64,000 nt of DNA from Octopus vulgaris (taxonomy: Eukaryota): positions 117,614,001 through 117,678,000 of the forward strand of contig OX597815.1 of NCBI GenBank assembly GCA_951406725.2, given 5' to 3'. A program made the position numbers and the translations under genes. Positions within the stretch are counted from its first letter, which is position 1; every line of letters starts with the position of its first letter. Positions 38,970 through 53,343 of this stretch are shown one piece after another. Under the pieces are notes generated by a model. That model saw nothing but the letters and a program-made list of their open reading frames with translations, was not told the origin of the DNA and searched no databases.

Positions 38970-40440
38970 TCTATTTATCTTTGTTCGTTGTGTAAATTTT
39001 TCGACATTCTCGCAAACTACTAATCATACGTACGTACATACACAAACACATGCACACATACATACATGCATACATATATGTATGAAGATACATACATAAC
39101 ACAAAACATACAACTCGGCCCATGCACTGACTCCAAATAGTGCATATATACATACATATATGCACAAATACTCCATTGATTTTCTTGAAATTCAAAAAGG
39201 TGTCTTGGATCTTGGTTTGAAACCGGCCCTTTATTGGCAAGAAATCTTATAAAGCTGAATAATGACATACATACATGCTGTTTGGGCCAAACAAGAAAAA
39301 TTATGTACCGTCATAGAGATCAGTTGTCCTGCTGATGTGAATATCTCTTTGAAAATCAACAAGAAAGAGGTTAACTATGGATAACTGCTTTGAAACCTCC
39401 AGCTTCTATATCCAGATTATAAATTCACATTTATAACAATAATAATTGGGGCATATGGTATTATGAGTAAATGCCTAAGTGACAATCTGGATAAGCTGGG
39501 ATTTTCGGAAACAAATCAACCAGCTAACTCACACATTACGAATATGCAAGACTTATCTCAAGTACATACGGTGGAATATTTCTATCAAAACTTCTGTCAA
39601 ATGTAAACATAATAGGGCTGATGTTGTTGTTTGGCATACGGAGGCAAAGGTATGTACCATCATAGAGGTCAGTTGCCCTACAGATATAAATATCTCTTTG
39701 AAAATCAAAGAAAAAGAGTGTATCTATGGATAACTGCTTCGAAACCCTCAGCTTCTATATCCAGACTATGAAATCATATTCATATCAATAATAATTGGAG
39801 CATTAGGTTTTCTTAGTAAATGCTTAAAGAAGAATCTGGATAAACTAGGATTTTCAGAAAGATAACTCGACCGGCTAATTCGTACACTACACGTGCAATC
39901 TGTGAGTGGAACACTAAAAATATGCAAGACTTTTCTCAAGTTCCAAATGTGAATTTGTCTGTGTTAACTACATCCCAATGATGGAGCCTTGTATCTTTGT
40001 TGGAAATTGACTTCCTCCTCAGTGGAAGATTTATAATAATTAAAAAACAGAAGAGACATACATACATACATACATACATACATACATACATACATACATA
40101 ACTGTATGTAACCAACTGTCTCAGCAACAATATTGAAAAATTAGGGCTCTCAAAACCATAAAGGATAAAGCTTATTAGAAGACTACAGGTATAAGCTACC
40201 AATGGAAATGTCATCATATGTAAAATTTTACAAAAGTACATATACACCTGTCTAGACATGCAAATAAGTGTATGAGTATACATGCATAAAAGAAGAAAAT
40301 TTGATCTGCACATGTTCTGAGTCCCAAGTACTTGTATTTATACACACATGCATACAGTACTACTCTGTTGATGTTGGAATTTCAATGGAGACTCGAATCT
40401 ATGTCAGAAACCGTCTCTTTCTCCATTGGCAAGAACTATC
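38970..40440 (+). mobile_element. Tandem 3' fragments of R4/Dong-like RLE non-LTR retrotransposons
   Basis: KCKHNRADVVVW..IIEVSCPTDINISLKIKEKECIYG..IIIGALGF..LDKLGFS, internally duplicated; three UTR copies separated by (CATA)n. Confidence 0.85.
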
Positions 40441-40479
40441 TTTCTCTTTCTCTCTCTCTCTCTTTCTCTAACTGACTGT

Positions 40480-40553
<74 letters not shown>

Positions 40554-40727
40554 CAAGTAAACATGTATATGTGGTATGTGGTATATATAATTTCCACAGA
40601 AAGGACAAGTTCAGATGAACTTTGGCAACTCAGGGCAAGAAACTCAAAGCAAAAAGTCTGAGAGTCAATGTATTTGCTCCATAATCTTGAGAGCGGCAAA
40701 TATGTATTTGTGTATGTATCAGTATGA

Positions 40728-40796
<69 letters not shown>

Positions 40797-40984
40797 AAAT
40801 TATCGACTACACCAAGTGACAAACACTTTCACTTTCACTATATATTTGTTTTACATTATGCCCTTTCTATTCTAAAGGGGTTCCTTTTACTTTCAACAAT
40901 AGAAATACAGTAAGCATACACCCATATGTATGGTATGTGTGTTCCTCACTAACGGCTATACATAAAACTTTCATTGGCACTCAT

Positions 40985-41240
40985 ACAATTTACTTCGTTC
41001 TAAGTGGCCTGGCCAGAATGGCTGATGACGGGCCTGTCGGTAGTGTCAGATGATACAGTAGGAATGAGACGACTCGTTGCAGGCTTCGAGTTGCACTTCT
41101 TCATTATTATAACTTGTAAATTTCTCTCGATATAGCAATGTATTTTTGGCTGCGAAGTTGTTGTGAAGATGGAACTTGTTTTCACGACGATACTTTGAAT
41201 TAGCTCGGTTTTTCTGTTTAGAACGTCCGTTGTTTAAGTT
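40985..41240 (-). mobile_element. PLE C-terminal stub
   Basis: Minus DVLNRKTELI/SKYRRENKFHLHN resembles the Penelope LN.RSEL.SKCRH.NKF C-terminus. Confidence 0.5.
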
Positions 41241-41382
41241 AATATTTAAAATGTTTCCCCGCTCTCTGGTTACATGAATATTTTACCATTGATGTATAAG
41301 TGGGTGTGTCCTAAATTAGCTCATAACATTCATATATAAGTACTATTCACTCTGGTAGAGTGTGATCTATATATATAGCCCT

Positions 41383-41432
<50 letters not shown>

Positions 41433-41824
41433 CCCACATGAGTGCGTAGTTTCTTTCTCTTTTATCATATAAATCAGGACAAATAGGGGACACCAATGAC
41501 CATTACAGGGGTTTCGATACTGACGAGAGGGAAGGAAAAGTTATCCTTAGGACAATGTCCTGGCTGGAATTCTTGCAACAGAATGTACTCCACAAGAGAA
41601 GCACTACAGAAGCTATAGTTGAAGGTAGTAACTAGGTGACGGATTATATTACACAACGCTGTCAACCCATGCAAGGAAATGGGAAACGAATCATTAGAAA
41701 TGGTAATGAATCATATTCCATTTCATGCATACTAATTCTTTTGTAAACCTCTCACGTATATGTTTTGTCACAATTATATCTGCACACGCATACACACGCA
41801 CACGTACACACGCACACACACACG

Positions 41825-41865
<41 letters not shown>

Positions 41866-42138
41866 ATATAAATATGCGACGGCCCCCATCCAAGGTTGAA
41901 AACTTAATACTTTATAACATAGATCATTAATTTTTTCTATTCCTAAATTGCTACTACACTTGTCACATTCCAGTAAAATTCGGAGACTATCGTTTGGTTT
42001 TGTGTAAGCATAAATAAAGGAAATGCAATAGTGTATATACACGCCCAGACACGCACACACATACTTATGTATACTGGCACAAACATGTGCGTATATGTGT
42101 GTGCATGTGCGCTTGTCAGAGTGTCTGTATGTGTTTAT

Positions 42139-42297
42139 GAGATGGTGAAGATGCCGACGACCGCTTTGTTCAAAGCCTCCCTGGACCTCAAGTGGCCTGA
42201 ACTCTTTACATGAACACCACCCTGTACTTAACTCCATGTCCCCCTACATGGCCTTGCTATTTGCTTTTGAGCCAAATTAACTAACTAACTAACTAAC
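42139..42297 (+). mobile_element. Short 3' end of the CR1 family at 13745-14994
   Basis: EMVKMPTTALFKASLDLKWPELFT*, near-identical UTR, (TAAC)n tail. Confidence 0.93.
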
Positions 42298-42451
42298 ATA
42301 TATATGGGTGCAAAGTGAGAAAGAGAGGGAGAGAGAAAGAGAAAGAGAAAGAGAGGGACAAAGAGAAGGAGACGGTGAAAGTGAGAGAGAAAAAGAGAGA
42401 GATAGAGCAAGAGATAGATAAATAAATAGATTGATAGATGGATAGATAGAT

Positions 42452-42498
<47 letters not shown>

Positions 42499-42515
42499 CT
42501 TATACATATATACAT

Positions 42516-42574
<59 letters not shown>

Positions 42575-42581
<7 letters not shown>

Positions 42582-43587
42582 TTAGGGAGTATAACTGCAA
42601 ACTTACAGGGAAAAATTCAATTTAGTATTAAATCAAATTTCACCATATAAATATATAAAATATAAATTAGAGAAAAAACCCACTATAATACAATTCAAAC
42701 AATGATAGACATAAACGAAATCATAAATAAAAAATAAAACATTTTTATAAAATATATAGCTAGATCACAAAATATATAAGAATGAATAATCAATATATAA
42801 TAAGTAAAAAAAGCTACGTATATTTCCTGACTATAAATAAATTCGAATTACAATTAAACTTAAATTTAATCGGAAATCAATTTAATTGAAAATTATAGTC
42901 ACTCTTCAGGTTAACAATAATAGTTAAATAAATAAGCAAATAGAGTTAAACAATATCTATTAAAAAATAAATAAATAAAATAATGATTTTTCTTATAGAA
43001 GAAACTCCATTAACTAAATTTGGAACAGTTTCCTACAATACATTTATTATGTTAAATATTTAATCTAAAACTAATAGAGTAAATAGATAGAAAAATGTAT
43101 TTATCTGTGAAGATATAATTTAGTTTAATAAAAAACATTAATAAATTGGTGCCCCAGCATGGCCGTGGCCTTCGGGCTAAAACAATTTTAAGGACTTTAA
43201 GAAATTTAAGGAAATTATAGAATATCTTAAACCTAGGTATATTCTAATATGTAATTACCAAACTTTTATTTTATTTTATTTATTTTTTAATAAATGTTAT
43301 TTAATTCTATTTGCTTATTTATTTAACTATTATTGTTAACTTGAAGTGACTATAATTTTAAATTAAATTGATTTTCGATTAAATTTAAGTTTAATTGTAA
43401 TTCGAATTTATTTATAGCCATGAAACGTACGTAGTTTTTTTTACTTATTATATATTGGTTATTCATTTTTATATTTTTTGTGATCTAGTTATGTTTTATA
43501 AAAATATATTTTATTTTTTATTTATGATTTGGTTTATGTTTATCATTGTTTGAATTGCACAACAGTGGTTTTGTTCTATAATTTATA
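42575..43587. mobile_element. PLE-terminus-like element with ~325-bp inverted arms
   Basis: ~42660-42985 is inverted at ~43265-43587; each arm carries a hammerhead-like motif (42812-42912 minus, 43338-43436 plus). Confidence 0.75.
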
Positions 43588-44760
<1,173 letters not shown>

Positions 44761-44799
44761 AGTATGTATATGCAACACAAAAACAATAGTGAAGCTATT

Positions 44800-45222
44800 G
44801 GAGGCGGCGAGCTGGCAGAAACGTTAGTATGCCGGGAGAAATGCTTAGCGGTATTTCATCTGTCGTTACGTTCTGAGTACAAATTCCGCCGAGGTCGACT
44901 TTGCCTTTCATCCTTTCGGGGTTGATTAAATAAGTACCAGTTACGCACTGGGGTCGATATAATCGACTTAATCCGTTTGTCTGTCCTTGTTTGTCCCCTC
45001 TGTGTTTAGCTCCTTGTGGGTAGTAAAAAGAATAGGTATTTCGTCTGCCGTTACGTTCTGAGTTCAAATTCCGCCGAGGTCGACTTTGCCTTTCATCCTT
45101 TCGGGGTCGATAAATTAAGTACCAGTTACGCACTGGGGTCGATACAATCGACTTAATCACTTTGTCTGTCCTTGTTTGTCACCTCTATGTTTAGCCCCTT
45201 GTGGGCAATAAAAGAAATAAAA
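44800..45222 (+). mobile_element. Young SINE family A with internal tandem duplication
   Basis: gaggcggcgagctggcagaaacgttag head; the ggtatttc..aaagaa body is present twice. Confidence 0.9.
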
Positions 45223-45235
45223 ATCAATAGTATAT

Positions 45236-45391
45236 CTGTGGCTTCGGCGACGAGTCTGTCGCCCCGGGCAACGCTTTTATGGGGTTGTCATTTCTGGATT
45301 TGCTGTGTAAGTGTGTGTTGGCTTGGGGGCCCGAGAGAGGCGGAAAATTCATGACCGTCCCTGGGCAGCATACAATTTTGCTATGTCATTG
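45236..45391. mobile_element. Small hAT-like MITE
   Basis: Degenerate ends CTGTGGCTTCGGC / GCTATGTCATTG, GC-rich interior; no clear TSD. Confidence 0.4.
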
Positions 45392-45937
45392 CACAAACAT
45401 CCTTCGATACTTGTTAATTCCACTCCACCATCATTCGCCCCTCCTACAACAAAAAAAAAAAACCCATCGTGAAATATATACGTAAGGAAAGGGTGTGCAG
45501 AGATGTAGTCAGTGAAGCAACGCAGATGGGTAACGGAAGATGTGGGCGGAAGTGCGGGGTAAACATGGTGAATGATGTAAGTGGAGAAATTTGGTGGGGC
45601 GGAGGTAAGACAATACAGTAGCTGCATGTTTATGATTATTTATTTTTCTGCGTAATAGAAGCAAAACGAACACACAGGCACAAAAACGAGTCAAAATTAA
45701 AGGACACATGATATAAAATGATAAGAAAGTGCATGAGGAAATTTAAGGAAATGAAGAATTTAGAACAGAAGAAATAATCTTTTGTAAGAGTCAAATGGAA
45801 AATATAAAGGAAGGAGTTGTGAAAAAGTTATTTTAAAAAGTTCTGGAAAAGTTATGCACAGTTTGCATAAAGATCAAAATAGATGATCGAATTCGGAAAA
45901 ATTCAACAAAGTTCCAACACATTCTAAATAATAATAA

Positions 45938-46150
45938 TGATGGCTTCAAATTTTAGAGCAAGGTTAGCGATTTCGGGAGAGGAAATCGATTACATTGACC
46001 CCAGTGCTCAACTGGTATTCATTTTATCAAACCTGAAAGGATGAAATGCAAAGTCGGCTACGGTGGTACTTGAACTCAGAACGTAGCGACGAGCGAAATA
46101 CTGCTAAGCATTTTTCCCAGCGTGCTAACAATTCTGCCTGCTCACCACCT

Positions 46151-46152
<2 letters not shown>
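45938..46152 (-). mobile_element. SINE family A
   Basis: Reverse complement of the family consensus. Confidence 0.8.
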
Positions 46153-46193
<41 letters not shown>

Positions 46194-46277
46194 TGTAGTA
46201 GTAGTACTAATAGTAGTAGTAGTAGTAGTAGTAATAATAATATTAATAATAATAATAATAATAATAATAATTATAAA

Positions 46278-46515
46278 CTCTTTTACTCTTTTACTTGTTT
46301 CAGCCATTTGACTGCGGCCATGCTGGAGCACCGCCTTTAGTCGAGCAAATCGACCCCAGGACTTATATTTTGTAAGCCTAGTACTTATTCTATCGGTGTC
46401 TTGTGCCGAACCGCTAAGTTACGGGTACGTAAACACACCAACATCGGTTGTCAAGCGATGTTGGGCGGATGACAAACACAGACACACAGACATATACACA
46501 CACACATATATATAT

Positions 46516-46559
<44 letters not shown>

Positions 46560-46603
46560 GACGGGCTTCTTTCAGTTTCCGCCTACCAAATCCACTCACA
46601 AGT
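46278..46603 (-). mobile_element. SINE family C, 5' truncated
   Basis: Colinear with 56670-56947. Confidence 0.9.
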
Positions 46604-47569
46604 GGATACATATTTGTATCTGCGTATGTGTACGAATGTGTGTATGTGCGTAATACAAGAAACTATATATGAGATGAATTAGTTTTTATATGTTAACGTT
46701 TATTTTTCTCCTTTGCTGTGCTTACATATTCTTCGTTTACTACTCCATTCACTCTATTCTTGTCTTTTTTAATCTTCTTTTTTATATATATCTCTGTCGT
46801 TTTCTTCCTGTCTCTTCTATTTCCGGGTTCCTCTTTTAATTCTTTCAACCACTGTCGACCGCCTCTCATTGCTGATTCAGACGTACGCACTTTCGCTGAG
46901 AGATGCAGGTTTGCGGTTTGCACAAGAGAGAAAGATATAAATATATATAGAGAAAAGAGCCAGATGTTTGCTTGCATGAAATATGATATTGGAAACCTTG
47001 ATACATCTCTAGGGAGAAAGAAAACATCTAACGTCTATGGCCTCGGAAATAAAGTTGGGTTTTTAAGTCAGGATATGACTGATTTACATAACATTAAGAG
47101 AGAAATATATATGAGAAGCCTTTCAATATAACTATATCTGTTTCACATCCATTTAGTTTTTTCTTTTTGTTTCATTTTTAATCACTGATACATTACATTA
47201 TTTTCATTACACACTTTTTGTAATTGACTGCTACAGACGGGCTAAAAATAGGAACGGTATTTGCGAAATTCTTTTAGGTCATTCAACTATTCATAATAAG
47301 GTGTCGATGATTCACAAATGCATTGACTAATTTGTCTGATGTAGATCAGTTCTTAATTAATATTAGGATATTACTCTTTGATCTAGTAATATTATAATAT
47401 CAAGAGCTGATTACATCAGTCGAAAGTTCTTTGACTTCGTTTTATTGGTATGAAACCAAATATTTGTGGCTTGTTTCAATTGATTGAATTTACTCCAAGA
47501 CGTACCTGTTACGTATTTTAATGACTCGAACGATAGGGAAGATACAATTGATCGGATTACAACCTTTAT

Positions 47570-47815
47570 CTTTTCATTTACTTGTTTCAGTCAGTCACTG
47601 GACTGCGGCCAAGCCGGGGCACTAACTTGAAAGGTTAGTCGAACAAATCGACTCCAGTACTTGTATTTTAAAGTCTGGTGTGCATATGCTACCGATCTCT
47701 TTTGCCGAGCTGCAAAGTTACGAGGACGTAAGGAAACCAACACCGGTTTTCAAGCAGAGGAACAAGCACTAGCGCAAAGACGCACTCACACATGCATACA
47801 TATATATATATATAT

Positions 47816-47886
<71 letters not shown>

Positions 47887-48066
47887 CATATATTTATATA
47901 CAACGAGCTTCTTCCCAGTTTCTCTCTACCAAATTCACTCATAAGTCATTGGGCAGCCCGGGGTTATAGTAAAAGGCACTTGGAGAAGGTGCTGTTCAGT
48001 AGGACTGAACCAGAAACCACATTGTTGCAAAGCGAGCTTCTTAACCAGATAAGCATATCTACGCCT
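47570..48066 (-). mobile_element. SINE family C, diverged full copy
   Basis: Both halves present around an expanded (CA)n. Confidence 0.8.
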
Positions 48067-48604
48067 GTAGCCATGTCTAGGTTACGTATGATTACAACGC
48101 AATAATACATTTAGTTGGCGTTTCATTGTTCCTTCCGCACTACCCTACTAGTATTTATGAAGAGATGTAGATTGTGAACGGAGCGGGACAATGTAATCTC
48201 GAGCAAGTCACCTCCTTTAATATTTCTACAATAAGTACCAGCCGAATGCTGGTGATGCAACCATCTCACACTCCAGCCGTCACGTCCTGGATATTCCGCT
48301 AGTTCAACGATGAGGTACCGAGAAGGTGCTTATGCTTGTCCGTGACATCTAAAAGAATTAGCGAAAAACTAGTACATGCTACCTGGTCATGTTCACTTAC
48401 GAATGACAGCTATGGTTGAAGAAAACGACCCTAGTGTTATTGGTATCAATAAACGAGAGCAGACATAGTTATGGGCTTATAAGTTCTTTTCGTAACCACA
48501 TGATATCGGGATAGATACCACTTTGCAGCCTTGTGTTAAGATTATGGTAGACGACACTTGCACTGACAAGGCAATGCCTTGCGAGCGAGTGGAATTTGGC
48601 AGAC

Positions 48605-48629
<25 letters not shown>

Positions 48630-48641
<12 letters not shown>

Positions 48642-49007
48642 GGCAGTTTGTCTGTGCGTGTTTCTGTGTGTCTGTTTGCTTGTACCCTCACCCTGACCAC
48701 GGCTTTCAACCGATTCTGATGAAACTTGACACACACATAGCCCAATGTCATAATTCAAAACTAACGCAGCGAAAATTTTGAAAAGTTCCCCCAGTTCTGA
48801 AAAAAAATCGATAAATTCGACATGGGGTCGAGAATCAGAAACACAAACCGCAAACTGTCTAGGGGGTGCAACTCCACCTTTTTTAACTAAAAAAAAATTT
48901 ACCATCATTTTTTTCCATTTTTTTGCTATTTTTTGGCTATAACTCTCTAAAAATGCTTTATAGTTATTTCCCTTACAAACCTGAGCAACGCCGGGCGATA
49001 CTGCTAG
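48630..49007 (+). mobile_element. Non-autonomous Helitron
   Basis: 3' end nearly identical to 43588-43982 (gagcaacgccgggcgatactgCTAG|T). Confidence 0.82.
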
Positions 49008-49056
49008 TATATATATATGTGTGTGTATATATGTGTGTGCAAGCGTATGTGTTTGT

Positions 49057-49093
<37 letters not shown>

Positions 49094-49289
49094 TATGTGT
49101 GCATGTTATGTATGTGAGTATGCATGCTATGTATGTATGCATGTACGCATTTATTGAGAGTGAATTTGATATATTCAACCTTACCCCTAATGAAAGATGT
49201 GAACATTGGCGAAAATCCGGTGAACTTCGAATAAATTTACCGAATTGCAGACGTTTCCTTAGTCTAGTCCTTAAGCATTGCAAACTATA

Positions 49290-49745
49290 TTTACTTGAAT
49301 CTTCTTTACTCCCTATGGAGCATAGGCTATTGACGACTTTTCTCTACTGTTCTAGACTCTGAGTTGTCTTTTCTGCTTCCCTCCAATTGGATCCCTGGTT
49401 TTTCAGTTCTACCTGAGTAACCTGCTTTCAGCTGTTTTTAGAACGCCCTCTATTCCGCTATTCTGCCTCTCTCGTCGGCATATGTTTCTCCGAGGAGAAG
49501 GCTTTTCTCTCTCGGGTCTTGTTGGTTTTTAATTGTCATCGATGCTTCTGTAACTTAGCTGTTTTTCTTGATAGAATTACTGGCCCTACGCAAACCCATC
49601 TCTATCTCTGGAAAAATATACTCCATATTATTCTGGCTTCCATCTTTTAACCTTCCATCATGGAAGGCCGTACAAGGAGCTTGTGCTCCACTGGCACAGC
49701 TCTCAGATTATTGAAGCATACAAGCCACAACACCACAACAAGGAC
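49290..49745 (-). mobile_element. Bipartite non-autonomous RTE derivative (5' UTR-like part joined to ORF 3' end)
   Basis: Minus ccttgttgtggtg..ggcttg..gagagctgtgcc (RTE 5' UTR-like), then RNRGRSKNS*KQVTQVELKNQGSNWREAEKTTQSLEQ*RKVVNSLCSIG. Confidence 0.6.
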
Positions 49746-50572
49746 TGGACCTTGTTGTGGATTGTAAAATATAATTGACAGCAAAATACTTTCAAGGGAG
49801 TCAACTATGATTGTGCGTAGTCAACTAAGAAGATTGTGAAAGGAAAACGTTTACTTGTTTGATCAAACCAATAAGTTTTCAAGCTTGGAAATTTCTCTGA
49901 AAATTGATGTCAAGGTGATATTAATTTAAGTTAAATGATACAAAGGGTTTATATGGCATTAAGCAGCTGCCAATGAAGATTAACAGAAGTAAAGAAAAAG
50001 ATAAATGTATATCATAATCTGTCATAAGATTGCTATAAATCGCAATTGGCAGGCAACATGGATAGGTGCATTAGTATCATTGATATGGATTATCTGGAAA
50101 TTATTGGATTACTCTCAGACACACCGAGACTGGTTGATAATAATCGAATATTGTTGCAAGCTGAGAAAAATGCAGTTCGCTTAGATTTATCTATAATTTG
50201 ATCTTTTACCGAGATAAAGCGTCTCGAGTCAGTTTTCTTAGTATGATTAAACACTTATATATAACACAAGATGAATACATTAAAATTTCATGCTGCCATT
50301 GGGTTCTTTGGTTTTTGGTAAGATAAACAAGAAATTACTACAAGGAGATTGAGTCTGATAAGCTGTCACTGACTCCTATCTAAGTAGTAACTTAGGAAGG
50401 TTTTAGTCCCATCTGTGAAACAGAAATTTTTAGTAAATTATTTTAGTTTATCTTGATGAAATACAAGATTCTTATTTATTTTGACAATCGTAAAAATAGT
50501 GAACATGAAATACAAAAGAAAAAATATCTTCAAAACTAACTCATAACGCACGCTAATTTAGATTATAATTAG

Positions 50573-52234
50573 CTAGCAGAGATACCCGGCGTTGCCCGTG
50601 TTACATGCAATTGAAGAATTAGACTTTTCTGTTATATTTTCTCTAATGAACTAGAATACCTATGATTCGAATTTCATCAAAATTGCAGATGAGGATTCTC
50701 TCTCTCTTACAAACCCTAAAAAATTCCAATCATGACACATGTATCCCATACTACTGATCTTTATGCGCATAATCCAAAATTCCAGTCTTATGGAAGCTGT
50801 TAAAAGGATTTTGCTTCTGAAAAGTGGATGTCATGGAGCTCTAAAATGAGGGAGTTAAGGCCCTTATTGGGGGTGGGTGTCTTTATGTCAACCAGGAAGT
50901 TGAATTGTTGAGAATCTTTTCAACTTGGGTCTAATATGCTTTGTTCGAATTTCTTTGAAATAGGAAATATATGTATATTCACTGGGTTTGTAAAAGAGAG
51001 CAAAGCTACAGGAAACGAAAAGACGAACGATCACCATAAGCAGTCAACTACCCTACCCTAGTCGTTATTACTCCCCAATGTAGGATTCCTCACCATACAG
51101 GTGACAGGCACAGCCGTAAGATGCATTACGGATCTATAGCAGTTGGAAGGGCGTGACTCAACTCAAACATTAACAACTGTGTGACGTGAAGGCTAAGGGG
51201 AAATGAAAGTGTCACTTCTAGAGTCTGCAAATGAACACTATACCGATAGATAACTGAACAGAATAAATTTACAATCTATAAATGTCTTTCAATAACTAGT
51301 CACTCATCTGGGAAGGCCTTGAAATCAATGTTACCATCGGGGACCCAATGATAATAAGAAGACTCAAAGGAGGTCTGCAATCAAATAACTTTACTCAGCA
51401 CTTTGCAACTGAATCAGTGGAGGCAAAGATGCCTCTCATTTACTTGACAATTTATGCACCATATTGCAGAAATCACAATCTAAGTATATCTCAAAGCAAA
51501 CTCTTACACAGTTGTACCATTGAATTACAAATAACGCTCATATTTTATGCTCAGGTGACCCTATAGCTTCCAAGAATACAAGTGTATTCGTCTTTGCTTA
51601 GATAAAATGACTAAATTGTGGGTGTTAAGTCTGCAGAAGGAGTCTTTGTAACTTCTAAGAAGATGAAATTTTAGAAATATTACTTCATTTGTGTCTAATA
51701 TCTATGGTTAAAATGTCATCAACAGCAAAAAATATGTGAATTTTCATGTGGGTTATGGCCCCCATGCATAGAACATAATTTCTTATGCATAGAATATAAT
51801 TTCCAAATTTCATAAAGATCCATTCAGTACTTTTGAGGGAGCTAAGACCCCATTAGCGGGGTGGGGTCTTAGAATCCTCATGAAAAATGGAAACTTTGGG
51901 AATACTTCTTGATGTGTGTCAATTACCCATGGTTGAAATTTCACCAACATCGAAAATTTATGATTTTTCATGGGGGTTTTCCCCCCTTTAAGCCATCTGA
52001 AATTCAAACCAAACATATTGCATTATACTCGCCCTTATGCATTGAATCTAAGTTCCAAATGTCATAAGGATCCATTCAGTAATTTTGGTCCATGAAATTG
52101 TATGAAACACAGAGCATTACTCTTCTCCCTAGGCTTGGATTTTCTGCTCCAAATTTCATTAGTATCGGTGCAGCAGTTTTCGAATGTATACGTAGCACAC
52201 GAACACGCATAGACATTGACTTTTATATAATAGA
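50573..52234 (-). mobile_element. Non-autonomous Helitron, ~1.66 kb
   Basis: Minus A|TCTATTATATAAAAGTCAA start; ends CACGGGCAACGCCGGGTATCTCTGCTAG. Confidence 0.75.
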
Positions 52235-52251
52235 TATGAATATGCACATAT

Positions 52252-52311
<60 letters not shown>

Positions 52312-52419
52312 TGTGTGTGTGTGTGTGTGTATTACACACACACACACACAAAAAGAAAAATTGATAGATACAACTGAGTGGGCAAACAAAAATATGAGAC
52401 ACTGCCTAGAGCTTTTTGA

Positions 52420-52561
52420 TAAGCTTGGTACTTATTCCATCAATTTCTTCTTGTGAAACCAGTAAGTTATGGGGATGTAAATAAACGAACAGCAGCTGTG
52501 AGGCAGTGATGAGGAAGAAACACAGAGACAAAGATACACACATACACTTACATATATACAT

Positions 52562-52592
<31 letters not shown>

Positions 52593-52760
52593 GATACGAT
52601 TGATTTCTTTCGGTTTCTGTCAACGAAATCCACTCACAAAGCTTTGGTTGGTCTGAGGCTATAGCAGAAGACACATGCCACGTCACCACACAGTGGTACT
52701 GAACCCAGGACCATGTGTTTTGGAACCAAGTTTCTTACCACACAGCCGCACCTGCACCTA
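52420..52760 (-). mobile_element. SINE family C, diverged
   Basis: Colinear with the family consensus. Confidence 0.75.
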
Positions 52761-52934
52761 TGTATATGTGCGTGTGTATGTGTGTGTATGGGTGGATACA
52801 TGTATGCATGTATATATGTGTATATATATGTGTACATATTACATGTGCATCTATATATACATCTACTCATATACATGTATGCATATACATCTATATATAT
52901 ATATACATTTGTGCAGATGTATACACACGTACAC

Positions 52935-52998
<64 letters not shown>

Positions 52999-53089
52999 TG
53001 GATGTATGTATATATGTACGTATGCCTGAATATATGTGAGATAATAGTTTCACTAAGAGTTTCAGTATTAAAGTGAAACTATTAAAGTT

Positions 53090-53343
53090 AAAATATCTGA
53101 CATTACAACAGAGAGATGTTATTGTTTCACTTTTGACATAATACTGAAATAGTGGAAGAGATATGATATTGCTCTGGGCTCGAACTTGGCAAGAAATTGA
53201 AAATGTTTTTGGCTTATGACACTACAGGGACCGTAAGGCATGTGTAAAATTTGAATGAAATTGGTTGTGTAGTTCTCAAGTTTTAGGGATTCACACAGAC
53301 ACACAGACAGACAGACACACATTCTCATCTTTATATATATAGA
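53090..53343 (-). mobile_element. Helitron 5' fragment
   Basis: Minus A|TCTATATATATAAAGATGAGAATGTGTGTCTGTC..aaccaatttcattcaaatttt; 3' CTAG end not found. Confidence 0.55.

Noticed and set aside
41028-41085. CTGATGA..GAGACGACTCGTT
   Set aside because: GAAA mutated, no helix I, antisense to the adjacent PLE stub
48477-49283. 268-aa minus ORF
   Set aside because: Runs through a non-autonomous Helitron and microsatellites; no Rep/helicase motifs
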